A DNA stretch of 63,231 nucleotides, the filler included, from Folioceros fuciformis (lineage: Eukaryota), in NCBI GenBank assembly GCA_049999805.1. It is 7 parts of 7 records of this genome, joined end to end, with 100 filler letters (N's around TTAATTAATTAA, not from the genome) between each part and the next. Parts side by side here need not be neighbours in the genome. Positions count along the whole stretch, not along the records: positions 1 to 2,167 come from JBNGIO010002911.1; positions 2,268 to 9,311 come from JBNGIO010002912.1; positions 9,412 to 20,696 come from JBNGIO010002913.1; 4 more parts are not named here. The stretch is one strand, 5' to 3'. The position numbers and the translations under genes are program-made. Under the pieces are notes generated by a model. It was not told the origin of the DNA, searched no databases, and saw nothing but the letters and a program-made list of their open reading frames with translations. Below, piece after piece: positions 1 through 11,521 of the stretch. The stretch's first letter is position 1, and every line of letters starts with the position of its first letter.

Positions 1-4
1 TCTA

Positions 5-853
5 ATGGATGCAGCCCTTATTGACCACAGGAGAACTAGCCGGGACCACCCGCAGGCTGATGGCTTAGCCGAGCGCATGGTCCAGACTATGAAGAAGGGG
101 CTTCGCAAGCTGTGTCTCCGAGAACCCAAAACAGATTGGGATCTCTTGCTTCCATATATTGCAATGGGTTACCGCATGAGCAAGCATGCTGCCCTTGCCC
201 ATTTTTCCCCTTACTTCCTCTTGTTTGGCAGAGAACCAATTCCACCTAGTTCTATAGCCAAACAAATGCTAGAAGTTGTCAAGCTGGATGATGCAGCTAC
301 ATAGGCACGTGTGATAGGTAATAGGGCAGCCTTGTTCAAACAGGCCATGCCCATGGCAATGGCTAACTTGCACATTGCCCAGCATAGGGATACCCTTCGT
401 TATGCACACACTAGGGGAGGCAGTTTTAGGCCCAAGCTCAGGAAGTTCCAGGTAGGAGACTTTGTTTACCTACAGAGGCAGACCTCAGATACCCTGGACA
501 CTTCCAGCAGTCGGCATGTGTTGCGGATTCAGGAGGTCAAGCCTAATGGCATCCTGGTATTGCAAGGCTCAGATGGTCGGATCACCACTGACCACACCAA
601 GAATTGCGCACCTTGCCACTTGCCCAATCTTGATCCTTCTATTGTCACAGCAGATTGGATTCCACCAACGGACTATCCTTGTCAGGTTTGTCAACGCACA
701 GATGATGCTGACCTCATGTTACTTTGTGATGGCTGCAATGGGGGTTTCCACCTTTTCTGCTTACAGCCACCACTTACCCATGTACCGGAGCAACTTTGGT
801 ATTGTCCCAAGTGCCAACCGGACACAGCAGGTGTGACCAGCCTAGGAGTGTAG
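5..853 (+). mobile_element. Ty3/Gypsy pol 3' end: integrase core and C-terminal module followed by a PHD finger (one in-frame TAG at 302-304)
   Basis: HPQADGLAERMVQTMK, WDLLLP and SPYFLLFGREP integrase motifs; FQVGDFVYL; then CQVC..LLCDGC..FHLFC..WYCPKC (C4HC3, about 680-814). ORFs 5-304 and 311-853 are in the same frame. Confidence 0.92.
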
Positions 854-895
854 CTCTTGTCGTGCTCTTTCATGCTTTCAGCCCGTCCATCAGCT

Positions 896-907
896 GGGGG
901 GGGGAGG
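896..907 (+). promoter_or_regulatory. Polypurine tract of the Gypsy-PHD element; 3' LTR probably starts at the TG near 910
   Basis: GGGGGGGGGAGG about 40 bp after the pol stop codon, followed by caTG. Confidence 0.6.
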
Positions 908-1367
908 CATGGACAATCTTTTTGTTCTCTTTTTCTGAGTGCACAAGACATTAGCCTTGCAGCTGATGGACTGAATTGAAGTGCTCACAACAGCTGATAC
1001 CGGGAGCACGACACCCTCTAAATTTTGTGCCATCTGAATGGCTAGAACTTTGACTGTAAGAATAGGAATGCATTCTTCTTATTCTGAATTTATAAATCAA
1101 TTTCAAATGCTTATTTTCATGATCTGACATGTGTCCTCGCGGACCTTTATCAGAATTGCTAAAAGGTCTGCTAGGAAATTTTTCAGGTTTGAAAAATCAA
1201 GCAAATAAATTCAAATAAACAATCAAAGTTTAGTTTCTTGAATGTGTCTTGTTTATATTTTCAAGAAATATTTTCTTGAAAAGATATGAACCAAAACACA
1301 TGTTTGTGCATATCTAAGTATGCACAATTTGATGTGCATTCTCTAGAATGCAACCAACACCTCTAAA

Positions 1368-1596
1368 GCTCTGATACCATCGTAAACTAAAGCATTTAGT
1401 GCAGGTTAATTAGATAATAAACTATTAAATAATTACATCTTGTCAAGAAACTTCAAGTACAATTACTATATATATTCAGGTAAGTCCAACTTAAACTAAT
1501 ATAAAAAGGTATGTCTATTCGCCAAAAGACGTAACCCTAATGAAACGATAAGCTGACTTAACATAATTAATTATATTTCTTAATATGCTGATAACA
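1368..1596 (-). mobile_element. LTR (about 1380-1596) plus tRNA-iMet PBS of a truncated LTR retrotransposon
   Basis: GCTCTGATACCA at 1368-1379 is the reverse complement of TGGTATCAGAGC; the adjacent AT-rich block ends in ATAACA. Confidence 0.65.
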
Positions 1597-1671
1597 CTCT
1601 TCACCTAACCACCCTTAGGTTTCATCATTATCACCCTCTTCTTTATTGGCATTTTCTCTAGTGTTGGGAAG

Positions 1672-2167
1672 ATGGCAGGGTGGGAACGGCTTTGGTCTTC
1701 GTCATATGGTGCGTTTTCGGCTAAAGTGTCCGAAGACCAACGCAGGGCTTTGGATCAGCCGATAACTGCTGATGAGGTGTTTTGGGCTCTGAAGGGGATG
1801 CCGAGGGATAAATCCCCAGGGCCTGATGGTATTCCCCCGAATTCTTGCTCTAGGGTTGGGAATTTATGTAGCTGCTATTCATGGAGGCGGTTAATATGTT
1901 TTGGGAGGAGGGTAGCATGGAGAGTTGGTTCAATATGGGGGTTATCTCCCGGCTTCCTAAGCAAGACGCCAGTTTATCTATCTCCAATTGGCGCCCGATT
2001 ACCTTGCTCACCACCACGTACAAGGTGATGGGTAAGGTACTGGCTAACCGAATTACTCCATTTCTTGATGATTGGATTGAGAAAGAACAGCGAGGGTTCA
2101 TTCAAAATAGGTGCATCCTGGACAACCTCCTTCTTCTGAGGGAAGCTAAGTACAACACCCAGGTACA
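1672..2167 (+). mobile_element. LINE (L1/Tx1-like) ORF2 reverse transcriptase N-terminal fragment, frameshifted, cut by contig end
   Basis: PITADEV..KSPGPDGIP, NWRPITLL..YKVMGKVLANRI, EQRGFIQNRCILDN. Confidence 0.88.
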
Positions 2168-2267
2168 NNNNNNNNNNNNNNNNNNNNNNNNNNNNNNNNN
2201 NNNNNNNNNNNTTAATTAATTAANNNNNNNNNNNNNNNNNNNNNNNNNNNNNNNNNNNNNNNNNNNN
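2168..2267. other. Artificial contig spacer; identical spacers at 9312-9411, 20697-20796, 38826-38925, 50199-50298 and 58978-59077
   Basis: 44 N + TTAATTAATTAA (stops in all six frames) + 44 N, repeated six times. Confidence 0.98.
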
Positions 2268-3102
2268 GCCTCAAAGGGACGCTCACATTCAAGATGCAGA
2301 CACTGGCAGCACCACCAGAGGAAGCAGGAGGGGAAAGCGCCAGCAGCAGCTCAAGCACAAGCACAAGGTGGCATCATCCGAGTGTGTGCACCCGAGTTCA
2401 ATCGATGGGCGGTATCGTGACATGCGGAAGAAGGATCTGCAAGGACTCGATCCCACCAAGCTCCCGCCACGGGAGCTTCCAAAAATGAGAGAAGGTCGCA
2501 GACGCAGTACTCCAGCACAGCCCGTAGAGGCGAGAGCGACTCGAGCTAGTCGGAAGCGGGCCCCATGGTCCAACGGGGACAGCCCCGATCCCTGCTGTCC
2601 TGGATTTGTCATAACTTCACTTCCCACGCTGTCTCTCTCAGTCTTTTTCTTTCTTCCCGTATCAGTCTTCCTCCTCCCTGAAATTCTCATGCCCTGCCTG
2701 CCTCCCCGTCACGGCCAGGAGCCCACACTGCCACCAGTCCCACAACCTGTGACCATCTCCTACTCGGCCCTCTCCACCCTCCACTTTACATAGAATATTC
2801 CTTCGCAGCGGACGCCATTCCCCCACTCCTTCCATGGCCTTATGATGGTCGGAATACAAATGATTGTCTCCTCAAATTCGTTCATACAAAATGCGTCTAT
2901 GATCATTTATTCAAAAGTAGGAACCCATATACCCACTCCTCACATGTTCTTTGTCACTTTCTTAGCTCCTTAAAAAACTTTCTTCATGCATCCATCCCAC
3001 TTCTTAGTAAATATACCACTGTCAGATCTTCCATCCTTGTAGGAATTCCTATATTGTCTCCTATAGAATTCCTCCTTTAGTGTATCGGTGTCATGTGTTA
3101 CA

Positions 3103-3272
3103 GTTCTTCTAGTATTCTTGTCTTTCTAGGAAGTCTTTCCAGTGACTACATTTAGTAAATGTAGTACACAGTACATATGCTTCTCGCAAGTTCTTCTAGT
3201 ATTCTTGTCCTTGTGGGAAGTCTTTCCAATGACTACATTTAGTAACCTTAGTACACAGTATATATGCTTCTC
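3103..3272. repeat. Diverged tandem duplication, 87-bp period, 2 copies
   Basis: gttcttctagtattcttgtc...tatgcttctc begins at 3103 and 3190. Confidence 0.85.
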
Positions 3273-4259
3273 TCCCTCAAAAGCAGGTAACAAGATTGAC
3301 CTCACGTGCACCCATCAGTACCCCAAATTCTCATGCCTCAAATACCTAGTACCAAGTACGTTGTATTATGGACACCGGCACCATATGATAGTTATGGACA
3401 CCGGCACCATATTCAACGATGTGAACCTTGCTCTAGACCTCGACCGTGCATGAGATCGAATAAACTACATTTTGTCTTGGATGCTAACAATAAGGACGTG
3501 TTATGGACTATATATATGGTACAATTTATATGCAGGTCTACGTCAAGTGTTCCTTGTACTCTCTCTATATGTACATGCGTCAACATTGATGTGTACATGC
3601 ATATATGTATGTAAGATAAGTAAATAATACATAGCTACCTAAATGTTCTGACAAGACGCATTATGTTAAAGGAGGCCAATCGAATGGGCTGCAGTCTAGA
3701 GGATATGCTTGTAGGAAATTGAATCTAGCCAAATATGCCATACATAGTAGTACATACTTATACACTTCATTTATAGATTTAGCATAATTTGCTATGCTTA
3801 ATCTCCATAGGATTAATGCTAGGTTATTGAGTTAACAAATAGTCGATTACTTTCTATTACTCAAAAACAACATAGAAAGTCCCATCTACTCAAAAGATTA
3901 GAGCACAACCCGAGTAGGGCCAGAGGACAAGCCAAGTAGGGCCAAAGGCTAGTAGGTATTAGCTCCTTCAAACATCAGCCTTAAAAGCTATTCCCAAAAT
4001 GTCATGATGTGGAATAACAAAAACTAACTCTAACACAAGTAGTCAAGTAGGTTTTCATGCTCAAAAGTTGTAAGTAATTTTAGTATAATAAAAAATTAAT
4101 GAAATTTATATTTATGAAAAAAAAATAGAATTTTTAGGCCACAAAGTGTGGCTTAGCTTTGTCCTTGGCCCAAGAATGTCACACCGCTATGAGTGGATCG
4201 CATTATATGTTGCAGCCTTTTGATGTATACTCTACCATTCCAACTAGGTTTTATGGCAT

Positions 4260-4815
4260 TTGATCTTGAAGTAGCCTAAGGCAATTGTAATGGCTATGTC
4301 TGTCGTACCATATGGTGATGATACGCGAGTCATGGGTTTAGGGTTCGGTATGACGTAGTTCGGTGGGTTCATATGTTTGTAAGGGCATGATGTTGCCCTT
4401 GCACTACACATAAACACGGATGGGAAGGTGTAGAACTTGTGCTAGCATCAAGATCTCAAGTTCTCCTATCCACTCCGCATCCCTCTTCATCCTTTTCATA
4501 GTTGGCAAAGCCCCCTTCGACTATATGCTTGTAAGTTTCTTCTTGTTTCTCCAACTCAGCAATAGCTCGTCTTCGAAGGACCTTTGCTATATGCCCTTGC
4601 ACCTCGTCATTCAATGTTGATTTTAAGCCTTGGAAGTTTGATGCTGCCACGGAGCGAAACAAGCACTTGCCATCCCCCTTAACACGTATGACTTCATACT
4701 CATCTTGATTGAGTATGTGAGTCCCTTTGGGTGCTGGTGGCGCACCTCGCGTTAGGGTATTGCCGACATACACCGCGGACTGATGCATAACGTTTTCAGG
4801 GCACGTTTCGGTTTA
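4260..4815 (-). pseudogene. OTU-family cysteine protease (deubiquitinase) domain, disabled
   Basis: VIRVKGDGKCLFRSVA Cys box; after a frameshift near 4495, AEWIGELEILMLAQVLHLPIRVYV and IITIWYDRHSHYNCL His box, with two in-frame stops. Confidence 0.85.
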
Positions 4816-4818
4816 CCC

Positions 4819-7020
4819 TGCTTAAGCACACATAATAGTAAATAATAAATATCGTAGTTAGTGTAGTTACGAATAGTTAAACTGCCCAAACCGAATAGCG
4901 GTTTATACTTTCCTATATGTGGCCATCAGCCATAATGATCGATGTTCTTTTCATGAGAATCATTCTCTCCGTTTCCACCAAATGGTATCAGAGCCATCTT
5001 GCTCCATGCCGCCATGTGCCATCCTCCTCTCCTCGCCTAGGCCCTCACAGCCTAGCGCCATGACCTTGCAGAATACTTATTGCGTTGAGCTCTAGCAATC
5101 TCTCATCCAACAAGATGCCTAGAAGACGTTCTTCCTCAATCTACATACCTGTCAGTAAGGCAACTCAGCACCACCAGTGTCTCTACAACAACTGCTCGGA
5201 GTCCTTGAACAAACCTCCTAGACGTAGACTACCTCTCTTCGAGCACAGACGTAACACTTGCGATCCTCATTCTTGCCCAGTAAAAACTTCAAGCTCACTC
5301 AATCGGTCAACCCTTGCACCAACTCAACCTGATGATGCCTCTCATGTGCTCTCTTCTTGTCTTCTTTCCACACACGATTGTCTTAGGATTCAACTCGCCT
5401 GTTTAGAACCTCAATTAGAAGCACTGCGTTTGGTAATCAGCAAGTTCTCAACACAACTGTACGTCTAGGTAGAGTAGAGTCTTACCTACAGAAGAGCCCC
5501 CTATAGATGCTATCTTTTGATTCCCTTAGACTTTTTCAGCACTACATAATGACGACCTCAACACCTTCTGTACCTTCCACAATTATCTCTAAAATAGAGT
5601 TATGTGACCGAGATCGCTTCAACGAAAGTGATTTCGAGGCATGGCAGGTGCGCATCACTGCGCTCTTAGAGGAGCATGATCTAATATCAGTTGTAGATAG
5701 AACCCTAAAGCAACCATCCATAACTCATGCCTCTTGCAACCCTTGACGAGATTGCAGCCTGGCATAAGAAAAACGAGAGAGCACGAAGCACTCTTATTTC
5801 TGCATTAGACAAGAGTATGCTAACCCACACACAAGGTCAGAGTACCTTAGCAAAAGTGTGGAGCGTTTTTAAGGACATGTTCCAAGCTCAAAGCTCCATG
5901 TCCCTGATCAACGCCACACATCAGATTTATTAATAAACGAAGGCGAAACCGTGGAGCAGCACATCCATAACTTCAGGTCTTTGCGGGCCAATCTTACAGC
6001 CAGTGGCACAACTGTTAGAGAGTTGCAAGCAGCCGTCGCACTACTCACTTCTCTTCCTCCCTCTTACAGAACTTTCGTCAGTTCTCAGAACTCTGTCTTA
6101 CGGCAGTCAATTCAGGCAGCGGTATCTGGAGGAGTACCAGCTTACACTCTTTTGGAAGTCGTGGGAGCCTTGTTGGAGGAAGAATCAAGTCGTGCGAGCA
6201 ATCCCAAGTTTAGTGCAGACCCAAGTCACGCTCTTTTCACATCATAGAGTAGAGGCGGAAGACGAGGCGGCCTCAGACCAAACCCTGCCACAAGGAGGCT
6301 TGTTCATCAATTTGGAACACAACCAATTTTCAGCGGAAATAAGCAGCAACAGCAGCAACAAAGAACTACAAAGGGACCCTGCAACTGGTGCAGGATCCCT
6401 GGGCACTTCGAGTATGAGTGCCGCAAGAAGGCGGCAAGTGAACCTCGTCGCAATCCTCCTCGACATGAAACACACTTGTCGCAGGCTCCCACGCCACCTA
6501 CTGCAAATTCAATTTTGGCGGTCTGCCTCACACTCACTAGAACTGACACCAGCAAGTGGTTTCTCGATTCCGGAGCAACAACTCACATTTGCAGCAGTCA
6601 CAACATGTTCACCTCATACCATGGCACACTCTCGGACCAACATGTCCTGCTCGGTGACGAAAACACCCTAGCTATCTAAGGATCGGGAGAAATTCAGCTC
6701 TGATTATCTAACGGGGAGCTACTCACCATTAATGGAGTCCTCCACATCCCGGCAATGACGAAGAACCTGCTCTCAGTTCGTAAACTCGCAACTGAGCACG
6801 ATCTCATCATCACTTTTCGAGGTAATCACTGCACAATCCACCACTCGTGAGATCAGAATCAAATTGCGCTTGCTCATGGTCTCCTGTATAACAATCTTTA
6901 CCTCCTGAACATCCACTCGACCTCATCCTCCCTTTTGGTGGACAGCTCCACCGCCACTTCTCCAAACCATCAGAATCATGTCCTTCTTTGGCATTGTCGT
7001 GCCGGTCACATGAGCCCCAC
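4819..7020 (+). mobile_element. Ty1/Copia 5' part: LTR (left edge approximate), PBS, gag, zinc knuckle, protease and GAG-pre-integrase; decayed and interrupted at about 7020
   Basis: PBS TGGTATCAGAGCC at 4983-4995; LLTSLPPSY; CNWCRIPGHFEYEC; WFLDSGATTHI; KNLLSV; LWHCRAGH. Confidence 0.88.
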
Positions 7021-9311
7021 TATCTACATACTTTTGCTAACCCCAACATATACAAAGACCCTGTGACAATCAAAGTACATAAAGACTTCTTCTATGAGAT
7101 TTGTAAGTATGCTAAGCTTGCCCAATTACTATCGTGCTTCAAGAAGTCTTGCCCTTCAACATCTGAACATAACCCTAGACATCTCTAAACACATATATAT
7201 TCTATATATTTAGCATACATTCATGTATATATGGGGTGGCCAGCCCCTATATAATATACGCGTATATTCTTGCAATAGTGCACACACAGATGCCTCCCCT
7301 TGGGTGCTTCCTCTCCGTCGTACACACCAAGGCTACTAGTCATCCTGCCACTCTTTGGTGGTTTACTACACACGAGATCGACGAAAGGAGTAGCTTTCGT
7401 CTACTCCTCCTCCGTCGATATGAGTACAGTGATCACACTTATAATTCATGAATGCCTCCCCTTGATGGCTTCCTCCCCGTCGTGCACACCGAGGTTATTG
7501 GTCATCCTAGCACTCTTTGGTGGTTTACTACACACGAGATCGACGAAAGCATTAGCTTTCCTCTACTCCTCCTCCCTCAATGTGAGTACAATGATCACAC
7601 TCATAATTCATGGGTGCCTCCCCTTGATGGCTTCCTCCCCGTCGTGCACACCAAGGCTACTGGTCATCCTACCACTCTTTGGTGGTTTACTACACACGAG
7701 ATCGACGAAAGGAGTAGCTTTCCTCTACTCCTCCTCCCTTGATGTGGCACCATCACTTCCCCCCCGTAATCTGCTGACCATCTTTCATTGGTAAAACAGA
7801 TTAACAAACCTTAACATCAAAATTCATACATGTTGACCGCACTGCTCCTCATAATGTATCAACTGCTACACACATTGGACAAAACCATTGCCCATCACGC
7901 ACTGCTTCTAGTGGAGTCTCTAAACAAAAGGTGTGCGACACGTTATTACACCTATTGCACAACAACATGTAATGATCACTTCCAGAATCTCCATAGCCTG
8001 TACAAGCAAATCCCCTTCTTGGTATGAAAGCTTGCACATCAATTGCTGAATTCAAGTAAGGCAAATGGCATGGCACACAATTTTTCATGTGTTCCAAACA
8101 AGTTGTGTCATCCTTTCCCTCCAACTCCAAAATCCCATTCAACTTCACACTTCTCACCCTTAATATTATCCTACTCACACTTGTATCAATTGTTGTCATT
8201 GTCTTCCTCTGCAAATATACATAATCTCCAACTTCAAACTTCTTCACCTTAGGCCTGAAATGCCCACTCCTTGTTTTTCTGTACTTCAACTCATCTCTAT
8301 GTTAAGCTATCAACAAGTAATCCATTGCCATAGGCATAATTCTCCTGAACAATTCTGCTTTGTGTGTAACTATCTTCAACCATTTATTAGGGTCATCCAG
8401 ATCCACTATAGTATTCACCTTGTCTTCTAACATCCTAGAAAACTATGGTCTACGTCCAAACAACATGTATGGTGAAAATTTTCCCAGCAATGCTTGCCTA
8501 CTCATCCTATAACCCATCGCAAGAATGGCAACATCCTATCCCACTCACTCTTGTCCATTACCAAACAATACTTCCTCAAAGCATTCTTACATGTCTGTAC
8601 CATTCTTTCTGCAAAACCATCAGCCTCTGGGTGATTCCTTGAAGTTACCCTATGATTAATAAAGATACTTATTTAAAAATTCATCAAAATCTCCCATAAA
8701 TTTAGTACCCTGATCTGTCAAAACTTCTGCTCAAGCCCAAAAACACTCAACACATGATTAAGAAATGCTTCTTTAATGTCATGTGACTTCTTCTCTCTCA
8801 AAGGTACCAAAACTATCCACTTAGAGAAATGTTCTATCATCACCAACAAATATGTGAATCTTCTATGCGTGAATGGCAACTCTCCAACCAAATCCTAACC
8901 AACTCTTCATGAATTTTTCTTATCAAACTTATCCTTTCTTCCGGACTAGACACCACCTTCATGTTTTCCTTAAATAAGAACTTACTATCAACCCACATGT
9001 AACTTCTACTTCGCTTTGTTACTTTATCATTTTCTTCACAGGTAACAGGTTCTTATTTCCACCTGTCATAATACATTCCATTGTATTATAATCTTCCCAA
9101 ATATCCATTGTTGTCAAAGAAGACACTAGTTCTACAAGATTCACCAAATATCCACTTGGTGTCCACTTAGACACCACCCAGTTACATTCAACATTCTCTT
9201 CTCTATCAAAATTATGTCTAGCAATTGTTGTATCCACCGAACTCCCTAGCAGATTCCTTGACATCACATTTGCATTAGCATGTTTTACTCCTGCTCTATG
9301 TTCTATAGAAA
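7021..9311 (-). mobile_element. Second Ty3/Gypsy element with PHD-tailed integrase: RNase H end, integrase, PHD (7870-8004), PPT (about 7757-7766) and 3' LTR (about 7021-7752)
   Basis: IEHRAGVKHANANVMSR; FEVGDYVYLQR..HMKNCVPCHLP..CTGY..MLLCNRC..HTFC..WFCPMC; GGGGGGGAAG PPT; interrupts the Copia coding sequence at 7020. Confidence 0.85.
7291..7745. repeat. 162-bp tandem repeat, about 2.8 copies, inside the presumed Gypsy LTR
   Basis: Units beginning tgcctcccctt at 7291, 7453 and 7615. Confidence 0.92.
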
Positions 9312-11272
9312 NNNNNNNNNNNNNNNNNNNNNNNNNNNNNNNNNNNNNNNNNNNNTTAATTAATTAANNNNNNNNNNNNNNNNNNNNNNNNNNNNNNNNN
9401 NNNNNNNNNNNCTCTGAAGTTCGCAGGCAAGTTGAGGTGTGCGGCCGATTCTTTTCATAGCCGCAAGCGCCAGTCTCTTTCCACAAAGAATGTCACGTCC
9501 AGGGCTGCCCCGAGATACTTTCAACCAGGGGAATCTTGATGCAATTCGAGCATGTAGATGCAGCCGCCGTCCATCCGCAACCGCAATAGCAGCAGAAACT
9601 GTCCCTTCTCCCTCGCCGGCACCAGGAGCAGCGGAGATGCAAGACCTAGCACGACGAAATTCGTCCTTAGTGGACTGTGATACAATTAATTTATTCTTCT
9701 TCTTTAAAAGGAAAACAGCTGTTTGACCCCACGATCCAGCGGCACTCAATCGGCCAGCTCCATTCCTTCCGATCTGCCGCCATACATATCAACCTTTTCC
9801 TTTGCGGCTGGCCACGTCTTGCACCCACATTGTGCTGTACGAAGATGCGGGGGCTGCGGCCTTGGATTAGTTTCGCATCTTGGCTGAATCCCCCCAAAAA
9901 ATACCAATGGCACACAAGACACTGCCACACCCCGCAAACTATATTGAACCCAGTAAACTTTACCTGTCAGGCTATCTACCGTTACATCCATCTTCTTAAG
10001 TAATTTATTAGGATAGAATTCTTCGTCCTTCTTTTTATGTCCCTACGATACGCACGCAACACTCTACTTCATTCTTCGTCCTTCCACGCAACACTCTACT
10101 TCGTTGTTGATCACTCCTAGTGTGTTATACCAATGATATGGAGTATCCATTAAGAAGGAATTTTCATCCTAGACTTATACTTAATAACTTGTACTCAATG
10201 ACTTATACTTAATAACTTGTACAAAGGCATCCATGTTCAAAGGTACTGGTCCCATCTAAGTGCGATTTGAGTACATGATGCTAAATCAAAGTGCCGATCT
10301 AAGCGCAGATCCTTAATCCCAAGTTAAGGATCTCATCTAAGTAGGATCTCAAAATGCCTAAAATTTGATGTAAGGAAGAATGAAGCCAAAGTGTTATCCA
10401 GATGCCGGACTTTCTATGGGACCTACACTCTGGTCGGCCGGTGTCTCGGGTGACGAATGCACCGGTGGAAAAGGCACAAAGGTACCAACGACCTGGCTGA
10501 CAATGGTTAGGCAGACGTTGGGTGACACAGACAGCGTAACGTTCCCTTTCCGCTTGACTCATCGGAATACAATATTGAGGGACGACGGACGGTTCGATAC
10601 ACGCAACTTGGCAATCCTGCGGTATTCGCATACACGCCACACCCGGGGGTCCGAGCGACGGGCCACAAGCGTGCACAATTCTTACAGCGCACACCATTCG
10701 CGACATTCCTCACCTTTCCATCTCTATCTGAATGGAGAGCGTGGATCACGAGGTTCCAGCCATTGCAGCTATGCACGTGGTCACGTATGTACTCCCCTTG
10801 CCCCTCTTCCCCTCCAAGGCTTCAGGGGCTCTGTTGAACAGTGTTGATTTAGTATACCTGTCCACAGTAGGGTCTCGGGTCACACTTTCTCCGTTATGAC
10901 TCAGGGTCACTTCTGTGGCATGTGGTGATGGAAAGGTAGAGTGAGAATCTCCCCTCTTGCTCTTTTTCCTCCAGCGCGTATGGCCATGATTTTCGATTCT
11001 TTGTAATTCTGCTATAGGGCTGCATCTCAATCGCAAGGGCAGTGTAATCTTTGGTACCTTCTAATGACTCCTAGCAGCCATCTCTTAGAGGTCTAAGTGT
11101 GCACTTGCTAACGCTTTCGACACCCTTTCCAGCACCTCATGGACGAAACCTTTTCTCACTCACAACCCTAATCTAAGATAAGATAAGGATTTGTGGAGGC
11201 GTATGGTGCTTACTGCACTGCCAAATGCAAGTACGTACGCAGGCTTTGAAGAACGCAGCTCCATCTGTTGGG

Positions 11273-11404
11273 CTGAACCTTGAATGTTGCTCAAGGTTCA
11301 ACCCATTGCCTGAACCTTGAATGTTGCTCAAGGTTCAACCCATTGCCTGAACCTTGGAATGTTGCTCAAGGTTCAACCCATTGCCTGAACCTTGAATGGT
11401 GCTC
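11273..11404. repeat. 37-bp palindromic tandem repeat, about 3.5 copies
   Basis: Unit cTGAACCTTGAatgttgcTCAAGGTTCAacccattgc at 11273, 11310, 11347 and partially 11385. Confidence 0.92.
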
Positions 11405-11521
11405 GGCCTACAGCCACAAACATAAAAAAGCAACCGCCAACGTGGGGCTCGCCTGGATTCAAGCTCTTCAAAACCTTTTTTTTTTCCTATGGTCGACGTT
11501 TGTGATGTATCCACGGGGCCA

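Noticed and set aside
2168-2267. TTAATTAATTAA inside N runs, six times
   Set aside because: Artificial linker. ORFs running into X stretches and cross-contig neighbourhoods are artefacts.
5085-5468. 127-aa ORF in the Copia leader
   Set aside because: TTG start, Ser/Pro-biased composition, and no counterpart in the related Copia leaders.
7236-7794. Repetitive ORFs of 71-164 aa
   Set aside because: By-product of a 162-bp (multiple of 3) repeat in an LTR.
11273-11404. CRISPR-like 37-bp palindromic repeats
   Set aside because: Units are head-to-tail with no unique spacers, no cas genes, and the context is eukaryotic.
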